Assembly: GCA_964612745.1 (NCBI GenBank)
Contig: CAZTCH010000003.1
Location: 61,931-125,930 of the forward strand
DNA: 64,000 nucleotides
Reading direction: 5' to 3'
Source of the DNA: an uncultured Candidatus Saccharibacteria bacterium
Lineage (GTDB): Bacteria > Patescibacteriota > Doudnabacteria > UBA920
The translations under genes and the position numbers were made by a program. Positions 22,893 through 31,998 of the stretch are shown here, piece after piece. A model generated the notes under the pieces. It did no database searches and was not told the origin of the DNA. It saw only the letters and a list, made by a program, of their open reading frames with translations. Each line of letters opens with the position of its first letter. Position 1 is the stretch's first letter.

Positions 22893-23561
22893 ATGGAGAG
22901 AAAAGAGATATCAATTCGAAGCCAGGTGGGTGCAATCCCTACGGATAAATTACAACACGTCGAGGCGTTACTCACTTCGGAATCAGCAAAGAGTTTGGCA
23001 ACTAACGTACTCATTGTTGCCGGAGTAGTAGGGTTGATAGGTGTGGCTTTTACTGCGCCAAATACCCTTAAACTCTTACGGCATTTTACACGAAAAAAGT
23101 ATGGCCCTTTGACAGCAAAGCAGCAAAAACAAAAGTTGCTCAAAGCATTGTATTATCTGAAACAGTCAGGGCAGATTACGCTCGAGGCTGATGCCCAAGC
23201 TGGGTTGGTGGCTCGCCTGACGGAAGTTGGCTATAGACGGTTTAGTCGGATACAGGAAGATATAAAATCTATACAAAGACCAAATGTGTGGGCAGGGACT
23301 TGGTGGCTGGTTGCCGCAGACATTCCAACTAAACAATACAGGATTGCTGCAGATATGTTCCGGCTAAAATTGCGACAACTAAAATTCTATCCTTTGCAGC
23401 GAACGCTATGGATTTACCCGTACAATCCGATGCGGGAGCTAGAGTATGTAGTCAACAAATTTCATATAGGGAGATTCGTTACTCTTATGGAAGTAAAACG
23501 TATCGATTTACAAGATAAGAAAAAACTTGTCGCATATTTTAAGAATAAACATATTTTGTAG
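22893..23561 (+). CDS. CPR PaaX-like wHTH protein with Cas2-like C-terminal domain
   Basis: ALYYLKQSG...LTEVG wHTH, then WAGTWWLVAADIP, FRLKLRQLKFYPLQRTLWIYPY. Confidence 0.8.
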   Translation: MERKEISIRSQVGAIPTDKLQHVEALLTSESAKSLATNVLIVAGVVGLIGVAFTAPNTLKLLRHFTRKKYGPLTAKQQKQKLLKALYYLKQSGQITLEADAQAGLVARLTEVGYRRFSRIQEDIKSIQRPNVWAGTWWLVAADIPTKQYRIAADMFRLKLRQLKFYPLQRTLWIYPYNPMRELEYVVNKFHIGRFVTLMEVKRIDLQDKKKLVAYFKNKHIL

Positions 23562-23562
23562 T

Positions 23563-23602
23563 CATTCTAATTTTATTCACAAATGTGAATAAAATTAGAA
23601 TG
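23563..23602. repeat. Palindrome copy 2 directly after the stop codon
   Basis: cattctaattttattcaca-aa-tgtgaataaaattagaatg (perfect 19-bp arms). Confidence 0.9.
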
Positions 23603-23676
23603 GTTAAAAAGTAAAAAAGTGTAAGGGGCGTGAACTGTGTGAGAGCGGCAGAAGTATTGGGTATGAAGAAAGGTAG

Positions 23677-24291
23677 ATGGGTATGAATACAGATAATCTA
23701 TTAGCTCATTTTGAACAGGTGGACCCTACCATGGCGGGGTTGTTGCGCAGGCATGTGCTTCCACCACGCAAAAGGGCGACGAAAAACAAATTTGAATATT
23801 TAGCGCTGACTATTTTATACCAGCAGCTCTCGACTAAGGCTGCGGGTACTATCGCTGCTCGCTTTCGGGCGTTGTTCAAGACAAAAGAATTTCCGACCCC
23901 ACAGCAGGTTTTAAAAACACCTGACGGTGTTTTGCGTTCTGTCGGAGTGTCTGGCCAAAAGGTACGATATATCAAGGATCTGGCAGATAAAGTCACATCG
24001 AAACATATACACATTGAAACGCTAGAACAGCTGTTGGACGAAGAAGTTATTGCAGAGCTAACTAAGGTAAAAGGTGTTGGACGGTGGACGGCAGAAATGT
24101 TTTTGATGTCTGCGCTTAATCGACCAGATATTTTTTCGTTTGGCGATTTGGGCTTGCGAACTGCTATTCAAAAAGCGTACGGCTATAAAGCTTTACCCAG
24201 CGTTCGGACCATGCAGCGCCTGTCCAAAAAGTGGTCACCCCACCGCACTCACGCCGCCCGCGTCCTCTGGGCTAGTTTGGATAATGAATAA
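23677..24291 (+). CDS. alkA: DNA-3-methyladenine glycosylase II (HhH-GPD, AlkA family)
   Basis: ILYQQLS, KGVGRWTAEMFL, DLGLR, WSPHRT. Confidence 0.85.
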   Translation: MGMNTDNLLAHFEQVDPTMAGLLRRHVLPPRKRATKNKFEYLALTILYQQLSTKAAGTIAARFRALFKTKEFPTPQQVLKTPDGVLRSVGVSGQKVRYIKDLADKVTSKHIHIETLEQLLDEEVIAELTKVKGVGRWTAEMFLMSALNRPDIFSFGDLGLRTAIQKAYGYKALPSVRTMQRLSKKWSPHRTHAARVLWASLDNE

Positions 24292-24293
24292 AA

Positions 24294-24333
24294 GTACGAG
24301 CGGCATTTTCTTGTCTGAAAATGCCGCTCGTTC
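24294..24333. terminator. Hairpin between convergent genes
   Basis: acgagcggcattttc-ttgtct-gaaaatgccgctcgt. Confidence 0.65.
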
Positions 24334-24340
24334 GTGCGGT

Positions 24341-25585
24341 TTAGTGTTGACCAAATAATTCAAAGGTAGCATGTCCATGATTTTTAACTAAAGAGTCGAT
24401 TGTTCTAAAAATCATCTCCGGTGTTACCTCGAGACTGAGCTCGATTTGTCGTTGGTTCGTTTGCCATGGTACGCCTTCTAACAAGGCGAGGGTCTGTTCG
24501 TAGAAAAGTTGGCTAGTGGGTTTTTCAAGTTCCAATTTTTCAACTAGTCGTGTTTGAGCAAAATCCAACAATTCTGTATTCCATAATGTTTCATCAACAC
24601 TTTCCCAAAAAGCGTCTCTTACCGCTTGAGAGTTTGAGGGGTTAAATCTTGATGAGAAACCCAGCGTGTATAGCCCTTTGCAATACAGTCCAAAGTTAAA
24701 GCTCTGTTGGTAGGTAAGCCCAGTTTTTTCGCGTAAATTCTGGAACAACGGCGTAGACATGCCCGCGTCCATCATTGTGGTGAAAACTTTTAAGGCAACA
24801 CCCTCATTTTCAGTAATGGAGTTATTGCGATACATCCAACAGAGCCCAAGACGGCTCTGCTGATTGCCCTGGCGTAACTCTCTCCAGTTTGGTTTGTTCA
24901 TGTTGGGGGTGGGGGCCTCGCGTACTGTCTCTCTTGTAGAGCTCATTGCGTATTTTCCAAAGCTGCTCTCAAGTATTAATTCTAAGTTTTCAGGCGATCC
25001 ACCAGTAACGATAACGGTGAGGTGATTGGTGTTTATGAGACGTTGGTGAGCGGAGCGAATGTCAACAATTGAGATCTTTTCAACTGATTCAAGCGTTCCA
25101 GTTCCTAAGTTTGCCATTTCTGTACCTGCAAATAAAAGGGCTTTTAGCCTCCTAGGGAAGTAGCGGTTTATATCATCTTGATTCTGCTTAATTTCTTCAA
25201 AGATGGCACCTCTTTCTATCTCCCAGTGTTCTTGCGCAAGTGTAGGCTCAAAGAATATTGAAGCAAGGATTTCAGCTGCTAGTGCAAATCTACGCGTGGG
25301 TATTGTAATATGGAACTCTGTATGAAGCGCACTTGTGGCGCCGTTGATACGTCCGTTATATTTTTCAAGCTCTCTCGCCACAGCAATTTTATTGGGATAT
25401 GATTTGCTACCTCGAAAAATCATGTGCTCAGTAGCGTGAAAAGTCCCAGGCAACCCTATAGGGTCACTTACTGCTCCCAAGGAAGAGTATACGCCAATTG
25501 TTGTGTACAAAACACTAGGATCAGTACAAGTAATTACTTGGATACCGTTATGCAAGCTCGCAAAATCTGGTATATTGGTCAACAT
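24341..25585 (-). CDS. M16 family zinc metallopeptidase
   Basis: HATEHMIFRGS (HxxEH), NGATS, ERGAIFEE, LFQNLREKTGLTY; strong SD. Confidence 0.88.
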   Translation of the reverse strand: MLTNIPDFASLHNGIQVITCTDPSVLYTTIGVYSSLGAVSDPIGLPGTFHATEHMIFRGSKSYPNKIAVARELEKYNGRINGATSALHTEFHITIPTRRFALAAEILASIFFEPTLAQEHWEIERGAIFEEIKQNQDDINRYFPRRLKALLFAGTEMANLGTGTLESVEKISIVDIRSAHQRLINTNHLTVIVTGGSPENLELILESSFGKYAMSSTRETVREAPTPNMNKPNWRELRQGNQQSRLGLCWMYRNNSITENEGVALKVFTTMMDAGMSTPLFQNLREKTGLTYQQSFNFGLYCKGLYTLGFSSRFNPSNSQAVRDAFWESVDETLWNTELLDFAQTRLVEKLELEKPTSQLFYEQTLALLEGVPWQTNQRQIELSLEVTPEMIFRTIDSLVKNHGHATFELFGQH

Positions 25586-25657
25586 AGTGCCTCCTTTGGC
25601 ATGCCGTAATTGGCGATTTATTGTGCCACATTTATATGGAAAAGTAAAGCCCGTGCG

Positions 25658-25795
25658 CTAGTGTGCGTACGGGCTGGTTTTCATTTCTAAATCAACTTTT
25701 ATTGAGTTTCGTTCTAACACGGCACCCCATGCAAGGTAGACTAGTAAAAGTCCACTCACTACGGTAAGTGCAATGATAAGCAATCCTTTTTTCAT
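25658..25795 (-). CDS. Small single-TM protein (45 aa; not in ORF track)
   Basis: AAAGGAGG then MKKGLLIIALTVVSGLLLVYLAWGAVLERNSIKVDLEMKTSPYAH*. Confidence 0.55.
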   Translation of the reverse strand: MKKGLLIIALTVVSGLLLVYLAWGAVLERNSIKVDLEMKTSPYAH

Positions 25796-25837
25796 AGCGA
25801 GTCCTCCTTTGCGCTTTTTGCATGGTATCATATGTAC

Positions 25838-27493
25838 ATGTCAGATATAAAGTCCGAGCTCAAAAACTTGCGCCAGCAGTTGGCAGATGCAGAAGGGGTA
25901 GAGCTCTACCGCGTGTTTCAAAATGCCACAATAGACGAAATCTGCGCGAAATTGCCCAAAACCAACGAAGAGCTACTTGCTATAAAAGGAATGGGGGAAA
26001 AGAAAGTGCAAAAATACGGAGCGCGAATTTTTAAGGTCGTGAATGGGGTAGGGGGTAGTGGTTTGGACTCATTTGCGAATACAACTCCAGAGGTGGGCGC
26101 TACCTCAGTTGCGCCGGCAGAGGACGAAGCTTTTGTGGAAGATGTTGGAGCTGGCAATAAGCAAATGGTGAGTGTCAGTGAGTACATTGAATATTTAAAT
26201 TTAGTTCTGCAAAAAACAGCAGACGTAAAAATTGTAGGAGAGGTGTCGGCAAGTAAACTGTACCCGAGCGGGTTGTATTTTACCCTGAAAGATAAAAATG
26301 ACGAATCGGTGCTCAGTTGTTACATGCCCACGTACACGTACCGCGGCATGGGAATTTTACTCGAAGACGGCATGGAGGTTTCTGTAGAAGGTGTCCCACG
26401 ACTTGTGAAGCGCAATGGACGATTCCAGATTACGGTAGAGAACTTACAGTTGGTAGGAGAGGGCGCGCTGAAAAAAGCGTATGAGCAGTTAAAAAATAAA
26501 TTTAGCGCCGAAGGGTTATTTGACCGGAAGCGAGAGTTGCCAGAGTTTGTACAGTCCGTTGGGGTTATTACGTCTCGAGCTGGTGCAGTTATTCATGATT
26601 TTCGTAACAACTTAGCTAAGCTAGGTATTGCGGTGTATTTGAAAGACGTTCGCGTAGAAGGAGCGAGTAGTGCAGATATGGTTATAGAGGCGATTCGGTG
26701 GTTTAATGAAGTGCCAGTATCCATTCAGGGCCAAGTAGCGACCAAACAAACGGGTGCGAAAAAACGTGAGAGCGAGATTGCCACGCTGCTCCGAGGCGGA
26801 GCTGCTCGCAATGACAAAGCTATGGTGGATGTGGTTGTGGTCATGCGTGGGGGTGGAAGCTTAGAAGATATGCAAGCGTTTAATACCGAGGCGGTAGTCC
26901 GTGCGGTGTTTGGCTCTAAAATTCCTACTATCGTATCTATTGGTCACGACAAAGATGTGCCACTCGCGCAACTCGCAGCAGACATAATGGTCTCGACTCC
27001 CACTGCTGCAGCGCACGCAGTGTCACAGACATGGCAGCGGTTGTTCGACGATCTGCCTCGACTACAGACTGAACTTGTACACCTAGGCGATGTAAACATG
27101 CAGCGTGTAAAGACGCAGTTTCAGTTGCACACCCAAGCTGTGCTCGGCTGGTGTAGCAGACTTTCTCAAAGTTACCGTGCTACACGGGATGCACTTGTGA
27201 GCCATGTAGATCGGTATAAGAATTGGATAGCGCAAACTCGCACTGCTGTTACAGAAAGGCTTGAGCGCATTGTACAGCTACAGTCTGCTGCACGCGTGCA
27301 GTTGGTAAATCGGATTGACGCAGTAGAGGCGGTACTGGAGCAAGGCAACCCCGAGCGGCTGTTACAGTTGGGATACAGTATTGCGCATACGGAGAAGGGT
27401 ACTGTTGTGCGGTCGGTAGCAGATGTCGGTTTGGGTGAAGATCTGCACGTGCAAGTGCGAGATGGCGTAATCCACACTACCGTTAGAGAATAA
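25838..27493 (+). CDS. xseA: Exodeoxyribonuclease VII large subunit with N-terminal HRDC domain
   Basis: YRVFQNATI...IKGMGEKK HRDC; GEVS..YFTLKD, EGLFD, RGGGSLED, IGHDKD, STPTAAA. Confidence 0.92.
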   Translation: MSDIKSELKNLRQQLADAEGVELYRVFQNATIDEICAKLPKTNEELLAIKGMGEKKVQKYGARIFKVVNGVGGSGLDSFANTTPEVGATSVAPAEDEAFVEDVGAGNKQMVSVSEYIEYLNLVLQKTADVKIVGEVSASKLYPSGLYFTLKDKNDESVLSCYMPTYTYRGMGILLEDGMEVSVEGVPRLVKRNGRFQITVENLQLVGEGALKKAYEQLKNKFSAEGLFDRKRELPEFVQSVGVITSRAGAVIHDFRNNLAKLGIAVYLKDVRVEGASSADMVIEAIRWFNEVPVSIQGQVATKQTGAKKRESEIATLLRGGAARNDKAMVDVVVVMRGGGSLEDMQAFNTEAVVRAVFGSKIPTIVSIGHDKDVPLAQLAADIMVSTPTAAAHAVSQTWQRLFDDLPRLQTELVHLGDVNMQRVKTQFQLHTQAVLGWCSRLSQSYRATRDALVSHVDRYKNWIAQTRTAVTERLERIVQLQSAARVQLVNRIDAVEAVLEQGNPERLLQLGYSIAHTEKGTVVRSVADVGLGEDLHVQVRDGVIHTTVRE

Positions 27494-27633
27494 GAATAAG
27501 TTATAAAGTTTGTAAAGGTGAAAGTTTATAAAGAAGAGTTCGAGCGCTACTTCCTACACTTTACAAACTTTATAACTTTACGAACTTTACGAACTGTATA
27601 TTTACAACCTTATAAACTTTATAACTTATACGT

Positions 27634-27831
27634 ATGTCAAAACAAGAATCTATCCAAGAGCAACTAGGTGCATTAGAAAAAGTAGTAAAATGGTTCGAAA
27701 TGCAAAAAGAAGTCGATGTGGAAAAAGGACTCGAAAAAATGAAAGAAGGGGCGGTGCTTATTAAGTCGCTCCGCACACGACTGGTAGAAGTGGAAAATGA
27801 GTTCGAAGAAATTAAAAAAGATTTAGAATAA
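27634..27831 (+). CDS. xseB: Exodeoxyribonuclease VII small subunit
   Basis: LEKVVKWFE..DVEKGLEKMKEG; follows xseA. Confidence 0.85.
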   Translation: MSKQESIQEQLGALEKVVKWFEMQKEVDVEKGLEKMKEGAVLIKSLRTRLVEVENEFEEIKKDLE

Positions 27832-28026
27832 TAAAAGAGATAGAAGAAACAGAAGAATTAGATTAAGCCATCTGTGAATTCTATTCTTACTTATTCTAAG
27901 CTTTCACTTCATCCACTGGTTAGAAGTGGATGAAGAGTGAAAAAGCTCATACTTCTTATTGTATTTATTCTTCTCTAACTCTTCTAATTCTTCTAATTCT
28001 TCTACTTCTTCTAATTCTTCTCTCCT

Positions 28027-28434
28027 ATGAAATACTATTTAGCTAAAACAGATCCAGACAGTTACTCCATATCCGATTTTGAGCGTGAAAAAAGTACCGA
28101 GTGGAGTGGCGTGCGTAATCCGCAAGCAGTACAATTTTTAAAAGCCATGCAACCACAAGACCGAGTGTTTATATATCACTCGCAAGGGGAAGGATCGCTG
28201 CGAGGTCTGGCAGAGGTACAAGGCGCAGGACATGCGGACCCTGCCAATCCCAAGAGTTGGTTGGTCACGCTACGGTTACTACACGTCTACGAAGAGCCGT
28301 TTGTGACTATTAAAGACATTCGTGCGACCGACCTATTTCCTGACTTTTTACTCTTGCGACAATCTCGGCTGTCAGTGTTGCCGGTGCCAAAAGAAGTAGT
28401 GCAGTTTCTAAAGAAGAAAAAAGTACAAGTCTAG
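28027..28434 (+). CDS. EVE domain protein
   Basis: YYLAKTDPDSYS, WSGVRN, FIYHS, RQSRLSV. Confidence 0.9.
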   Translation: MKYYLAKTDPDSYSISDFEREKSTEWSGVRNPQAVQFLKAMQPQDRVFIYHSQGEGSLRGLAEVQGAGHADPANPKSWLVTLRLLHVYEEPFVTIKDIRATDLFPDFLLLRQSRLSVLPVPKEVVQFLKKKKVQV

Positions 28435-28494
28435 GTATGTATCGCGCGGTATAGTGCCCGTATGAAGTGTGTTTGTGGTATACTGTTTGTAGCA

Positions 28495-28860
28495 ATGCAA
28501 ACATATTTCTTCTATTGGTATAGTGCGCTCGCTACCAGTCTCGTATTGTCTGGGTGCAGTTTGCTTTGGGTCTTGTTTTCTCGTTCGCCAGAGTCTTCCG
28601 GTGCAGTGGTACTCTTTTATGCTTTTACGTTTGTGCTGCTGTATGCCGCAACTTGTTTGATGCAGTTAGCGTTGCGCAAACGGTACGTGCCGGCCACCGT
28701 ACGGGATATGGTTGTGGTTTCCAATAGGCAGAGTGCGCTGTTGTCAGGCTTGGCTGTATCGCTGTTGTACTTACGTGCCGAAGATTTGCTGTACTGGTGG
28801 GTTGCGGGAACTACGGTATTACTTTTTATATGTGTCGAAGTATTTTTTAATACGCAATGA
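28495..28860 (+). CDS. Hypothetical 4-TM membrane protein
   Basis: Hydrophobic ORF, translationally coupled to the next gene (ATGA). Confidence 0.6.
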   Translation: MQTYFFYWYSALATSLVLSGCSLLWVLFSRSPESSGAVVLFYAFTFVLLYAATCLMQLALRKRYVPATVRDMVVVSNRQSALLSGLAVSLLYLRAEDLLYWWVAGTTVLLFICVEVFFNTQ

Positions 28861-30419
28861 ACTGGCCTTTCTCCAAAAAAAATAAAAAACAAACATCTGC
28901 AACGGACGCGAGTATTCCGTTTTTTAACGTTATGCCGAAAGAAGTGGTGCAGAGCGGTGGTTTTGGCGCATCTTTTTTTGGTGGGCATCACGAAACAGTG
29001 GCACCAGCAAAGCCTGCTGCAGTAGCTGCTACTTTTGGTAGCGCTGCTCCTACAGTAGTACCTCCTGCTATCCACTCGAATACAACATCCGAGGTGGCGC
29101 AGGGAAAGCGTGTACAAAAGGTTCCGAATGCATCCCCAAAAACATGGCAGATTCTGGGTGGTGTCGTAGCAATTGTTTTTGCTTTTGGTGCGGTGTGGTA
29201 TGCCTATGTGACTTTTGGGGGGAGCACCGATGTATTTGATGGTATACAAAAACTGTGGCGAAGAGTGCCACCAATAGTAGAGAAGAAACCGAATACAACT
29301 GCAGCTGCTCCGACTGGTGCAGGTCTAGAGCCTGCGGGTGCGTCACAGATTAGCACTGACTGGCTCTTGGAACACTTCGAAGCTACTGACTGTGCAGATT
29401 GTTCTGACCTTGCTGACCCAGATGCAGATGGGGCAACCAACATGCAAGAGTTTCAAGCAAAAACCAACCCGAAGCAAAATGATACTGACACCGATGGCTT
29501 AGCAGATGGTGATGAGCTGCAAATATTTTTGTGCGACCCAGTTAATGCCCACACTGCTCGAAACCAAGAATTTACCGATGCAGATTACATGCGCGGAGGG
29601 TGGGACTGTGTATTCAATAGTACCGGTGATGTAAAACTGTCTGATGATCGCAAAAAACAGATTACAGAGAAGATTGCACAATTTGGCTTGCACGAACCAA
29701 GTAAAGCCACTTTGGGTGAACCGCTGACACAATTTGTAGTAGGTGCTACACCAACACCGACCAGCGCTACTCCAGAGCTTCCTTCGTTTGTCGATATCTC
29801 TGCAGATGCGCAGTTAGAGCGAGACATGCAACGGCTTACAACTATAAAGAATGTGGCTGCGGCTTTGTTACAGTATAAAAAAGAGTTGGGCGCATATCCC
29901 CAAGTGAGTAACTTTGCAGAAATGGCACAAAAAGTGAAACCATTCCTACAAGTAGCGACAAATGTAGTTGACCCCGTGAACGTCCGCCCAATGGTCTACG
30001 GCTACCAGCTCGACCAAAATGGAACTGCATTTTTACTGACCTACTACGCAGAAACACAAAAGCAAATTGCACGGTATACCGAGAGTAAAGCACGGATGGA
30101 TACAGCAGATGAAGGCGCGGAGAACAGAGACGTGCAACGGTCCGAAGATTTAGATAAAATCCGTGCCGCATTACTTATTTACTCAGCAGCAAATTCAGAA
30201 GCAAATGAAAGCTTTGTGTTTCCGCTGGCGAGTGTGTACGAGTCCAAAATTGCTCCGCAGTACATTCCTACCGTGCCTCGTGACCCTTTGACTGGTAAAG
30301 CGTACCCGTATGAGGTCAGTGGTGACGGTGCCACTTTCACGTTAAAAGCAGTGTACGAAAAGGCAGCAGCAGGTATGACAGGGTACTTGTGTAATCAAGA
30401 AGAGTGTCGGAATTATTAA
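28857..30419 (+). CDS. Membrane-anchored protein with Ca-binding (TSP3-like) repeats and two GspG/pilin-like domains
   Basis: DPDADG..N.QE, DTDTDGLADGDE; RDMQRLTTIKNV..AL.QY and RDVQRSEDLDKI..AL.IY...PRDP. Confidence 0.65.
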   Translation: MNWPFSKKNKKQTSATDASIPFFNVMPKEVVQSGGFGASFFGGHHETVAPAKPAAVAATFGSAAPTVVPPAIHSNTTSEVAQGKRVQKVPNASPKTWQILGGVVAIVFAFGAVWYAYVTFGGSTDVFDGIQKLWRRVPPIVEKKPNTTAAAPTGAGLEPAGASQISTDWLLEHFEATDCADCSDLADPDADGATNMQEFQAKTNPKQNDTDTDGLADGDELQIFLCDPVNAHTARNQEFTDADYMRGGWDCVFNSTGDVKLSDDRKKQITEKIAQFGLHEPSKATLGEPLTQFVVGATPTPTSATPELPSFVDISADAQLERDMQRLTTIKNVAAALLQYKKELGAYPQVSNFAEMAQKVKPFLQVATNVVDPVNVRPMVYGYQLDQNGTAFLLTYYAETQKQIARYTESKARMDTADEGAENRDVQRSEDLDKIRAALLIYSAANSEANESFVFPLASVYESKIAPQYIPTVPRDPLTGKAYPYEVSGDGATFTLKAVYEKAAAGMTGYLCNQEECRNY

Positions 30420-30434
30420 ACCTACCAACCGCAT

Positions 30435-30875
30435 ATGAATGTCTGGAAGTATATACAAAACTTATTTGCACCATCAGTAGGTTCGGCACCGTTAGAAACT
30501 ATATCTGCTAAAATTATTACCGCGCGGGTAGTCTCTTTCGAGAAGCACCCAAATGCAGATCGATTGCGCGTGGTAACGCTAGACTCTGGTACAGTTACCA
30601 TTGCCCCAGTGGTCTGTGGTGCTTCTAACTTTGCGGTAGGGGACGTTGTCGCACTGGCGCTCCCAGGGGCGCATATCCCGCAGAATATTCACTCAGAGGC
30701 GCACGAATCTTTTATGCTGGAAAAAGCTACTATACGAGGGGTGGAGAGCCAAGGCATGCTGTGTTCCGGCTTTGAGTTAGGCTTCCGCGACACGCCAGAG
30801 ACGAGAGAAGAGGGGATTTTGTTGTTTCCTTCCGAAACTGCACTGGGTCAGGATGTTATGAGTCTTAAAAAATAA
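30435..30875 (+). CDS. Stand-alone PheT-type tRNA-binding OB domain
   Basis: EKHPNADRL, VVCGASN, IRGVESQGMLCS. Confidence 0.85.
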   Translation: MNVWKYIQNLFAPSVGSAPLETISAKIITARVVSFEKHPNADRLRVVTLDSGTVTIAPVVCGASNFAVGDVVALALPGAHIPQNIHSEAHESFMLEKATIRGVESQGMLCSGFELGFRDTPETREEGILLFPSETALGQDVMSLKK

Positions 30876-30945
30876 CAATGAGTACAAAAAGTCCGCTTTT
30901 TCAGGCGGGCTTTTTTTATTTGGCAGGGTTTGGTATTATATCTTC

Positions 30946-31989
30946 ATGAATATGAACGAACAGCTTGCAGCGTTTGAATCTGAGCTTGCCCAAGTGGTAA
31001 CCCCAGCGGAACTTAAAACGCTCAAGGATAAGTATATTGGTGGGTCAGGTGTGCTTAAAAAGTGGCTGTCCGAGCTCAAGTCTTTGCCTGAGTCAGAGAA
31101 GAAAGAGCGTGGACCAAAGCTCCAACAGTTTAAGCAAACTGTGGAAGCCCAGTTGGAGGTAGTGCGTAACAAACTTGAAGAAGGCACAGCGCACGCAGCC
31201 TTACAAAAAGATGCAGACGTGCTCAGTACGAGTTCAGAGAAGATTGGGCACTTGCATCCCATTAGCCAAACCATTCGTGATATGAATGCCTTTTTTGCAC
31301 GGATGGGTTTTAGCGTATACGACGGTCCAGAAATAGAGACTGACGAGTTTAACTTCCAAAGATTAAACGTACCAAAAGATCACCCAGCGCGGGATATGCA
31401 GGATACGTTTTATATTGACGCGCCAAACATCTTGCTGCGTACACAAACATCTTCTATTGAAGCACGCGCTCTTGCCAATCTAAAACCACCATTTCGCATT
31501 GTGTGTCCAGGGCGAGTATATAGAAACGAAAAGCCAAACAAGAGCAATCATTTTATTTTCCATCATTACCAAGGTGTAGTGGTACAAGAACGAACGAGTT
31601 TATCTGAGCTGTTTGGTCTTTTGGAAATGTTGTTCCGACACATGTACGGAGAAAAAGTAGTCATGCGTTTCAGAAGCAAATATTATCCAGAAGTGGAACC
31701 GGGGGTTGGGCCAGATATGCGCTGCTTTAACTGTGAAGGAAAAGGGTGTGTTGTGTGCAAACATGTCGGTTGGATAGAAATGGGTGGCGCTGGCATGATC
31801 CACGAAAAGATTCTGCGCGCGGCTGGCATTGACCCTAAAAAATATATGGGGTTTGCATTTGGTCTTGGGCTCGATCGTTGGGTTATGGCTAAATATGGTG
31901 TTGGTGATATTCGCGCCTTCTTGGGTGGAGATATCGCGTATCCTTATTTTGAAAAAGAGAAGCCGGCATTTGTTTCCAAAAAGATTTAA
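30946..31989 (+). CDS. pheS: Phenylalanine-tRNA ligase alpha subunit
   Basis: GHLHP, HPARDMQDTFY, LLRTQTS, PGRVYR, GFAFGLGLDR. Confidence 0.96.
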   Translation: MNMNEQLAAFESELAQVVTPAELKTLKDKYIGGSGVLKKWLSELKSLPESEKKERGPKLQQFKQTVEAQLEVVRNKLEEGTAHAALQKDADVLSTSSEKIGHLHPISQTIRDMNAFFARMGFSVYDGPEIETDEFNFQRLNVPKDHPARDMQDTFYIDAPNILLRTQTSSIEARALANLKPPFRIVCPGRVYRNEKPNKSNHFIFHHYQGVVVQERTSLSELFGLLEMLFRHMYGEKVVMRFRSKYYPEVEPGVGPDMRCFNCEGKGCVVCKHVGWIEMGGAGMIHEKILRAAGIDPKKYMGFAFGLGLDRWVMAKYGVGDIRAFLGGDIAYPYFEKEKPAFVSKKI

Positions 31990-31998
31990 CCAATACTC

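Noticed and set aside
22839-23602. CRISPR array / true cas2 locus
   Set aside because: Only two repeats ~690 bp apart enclosing a gene; no spacer array, cas1 or effector genes in the window
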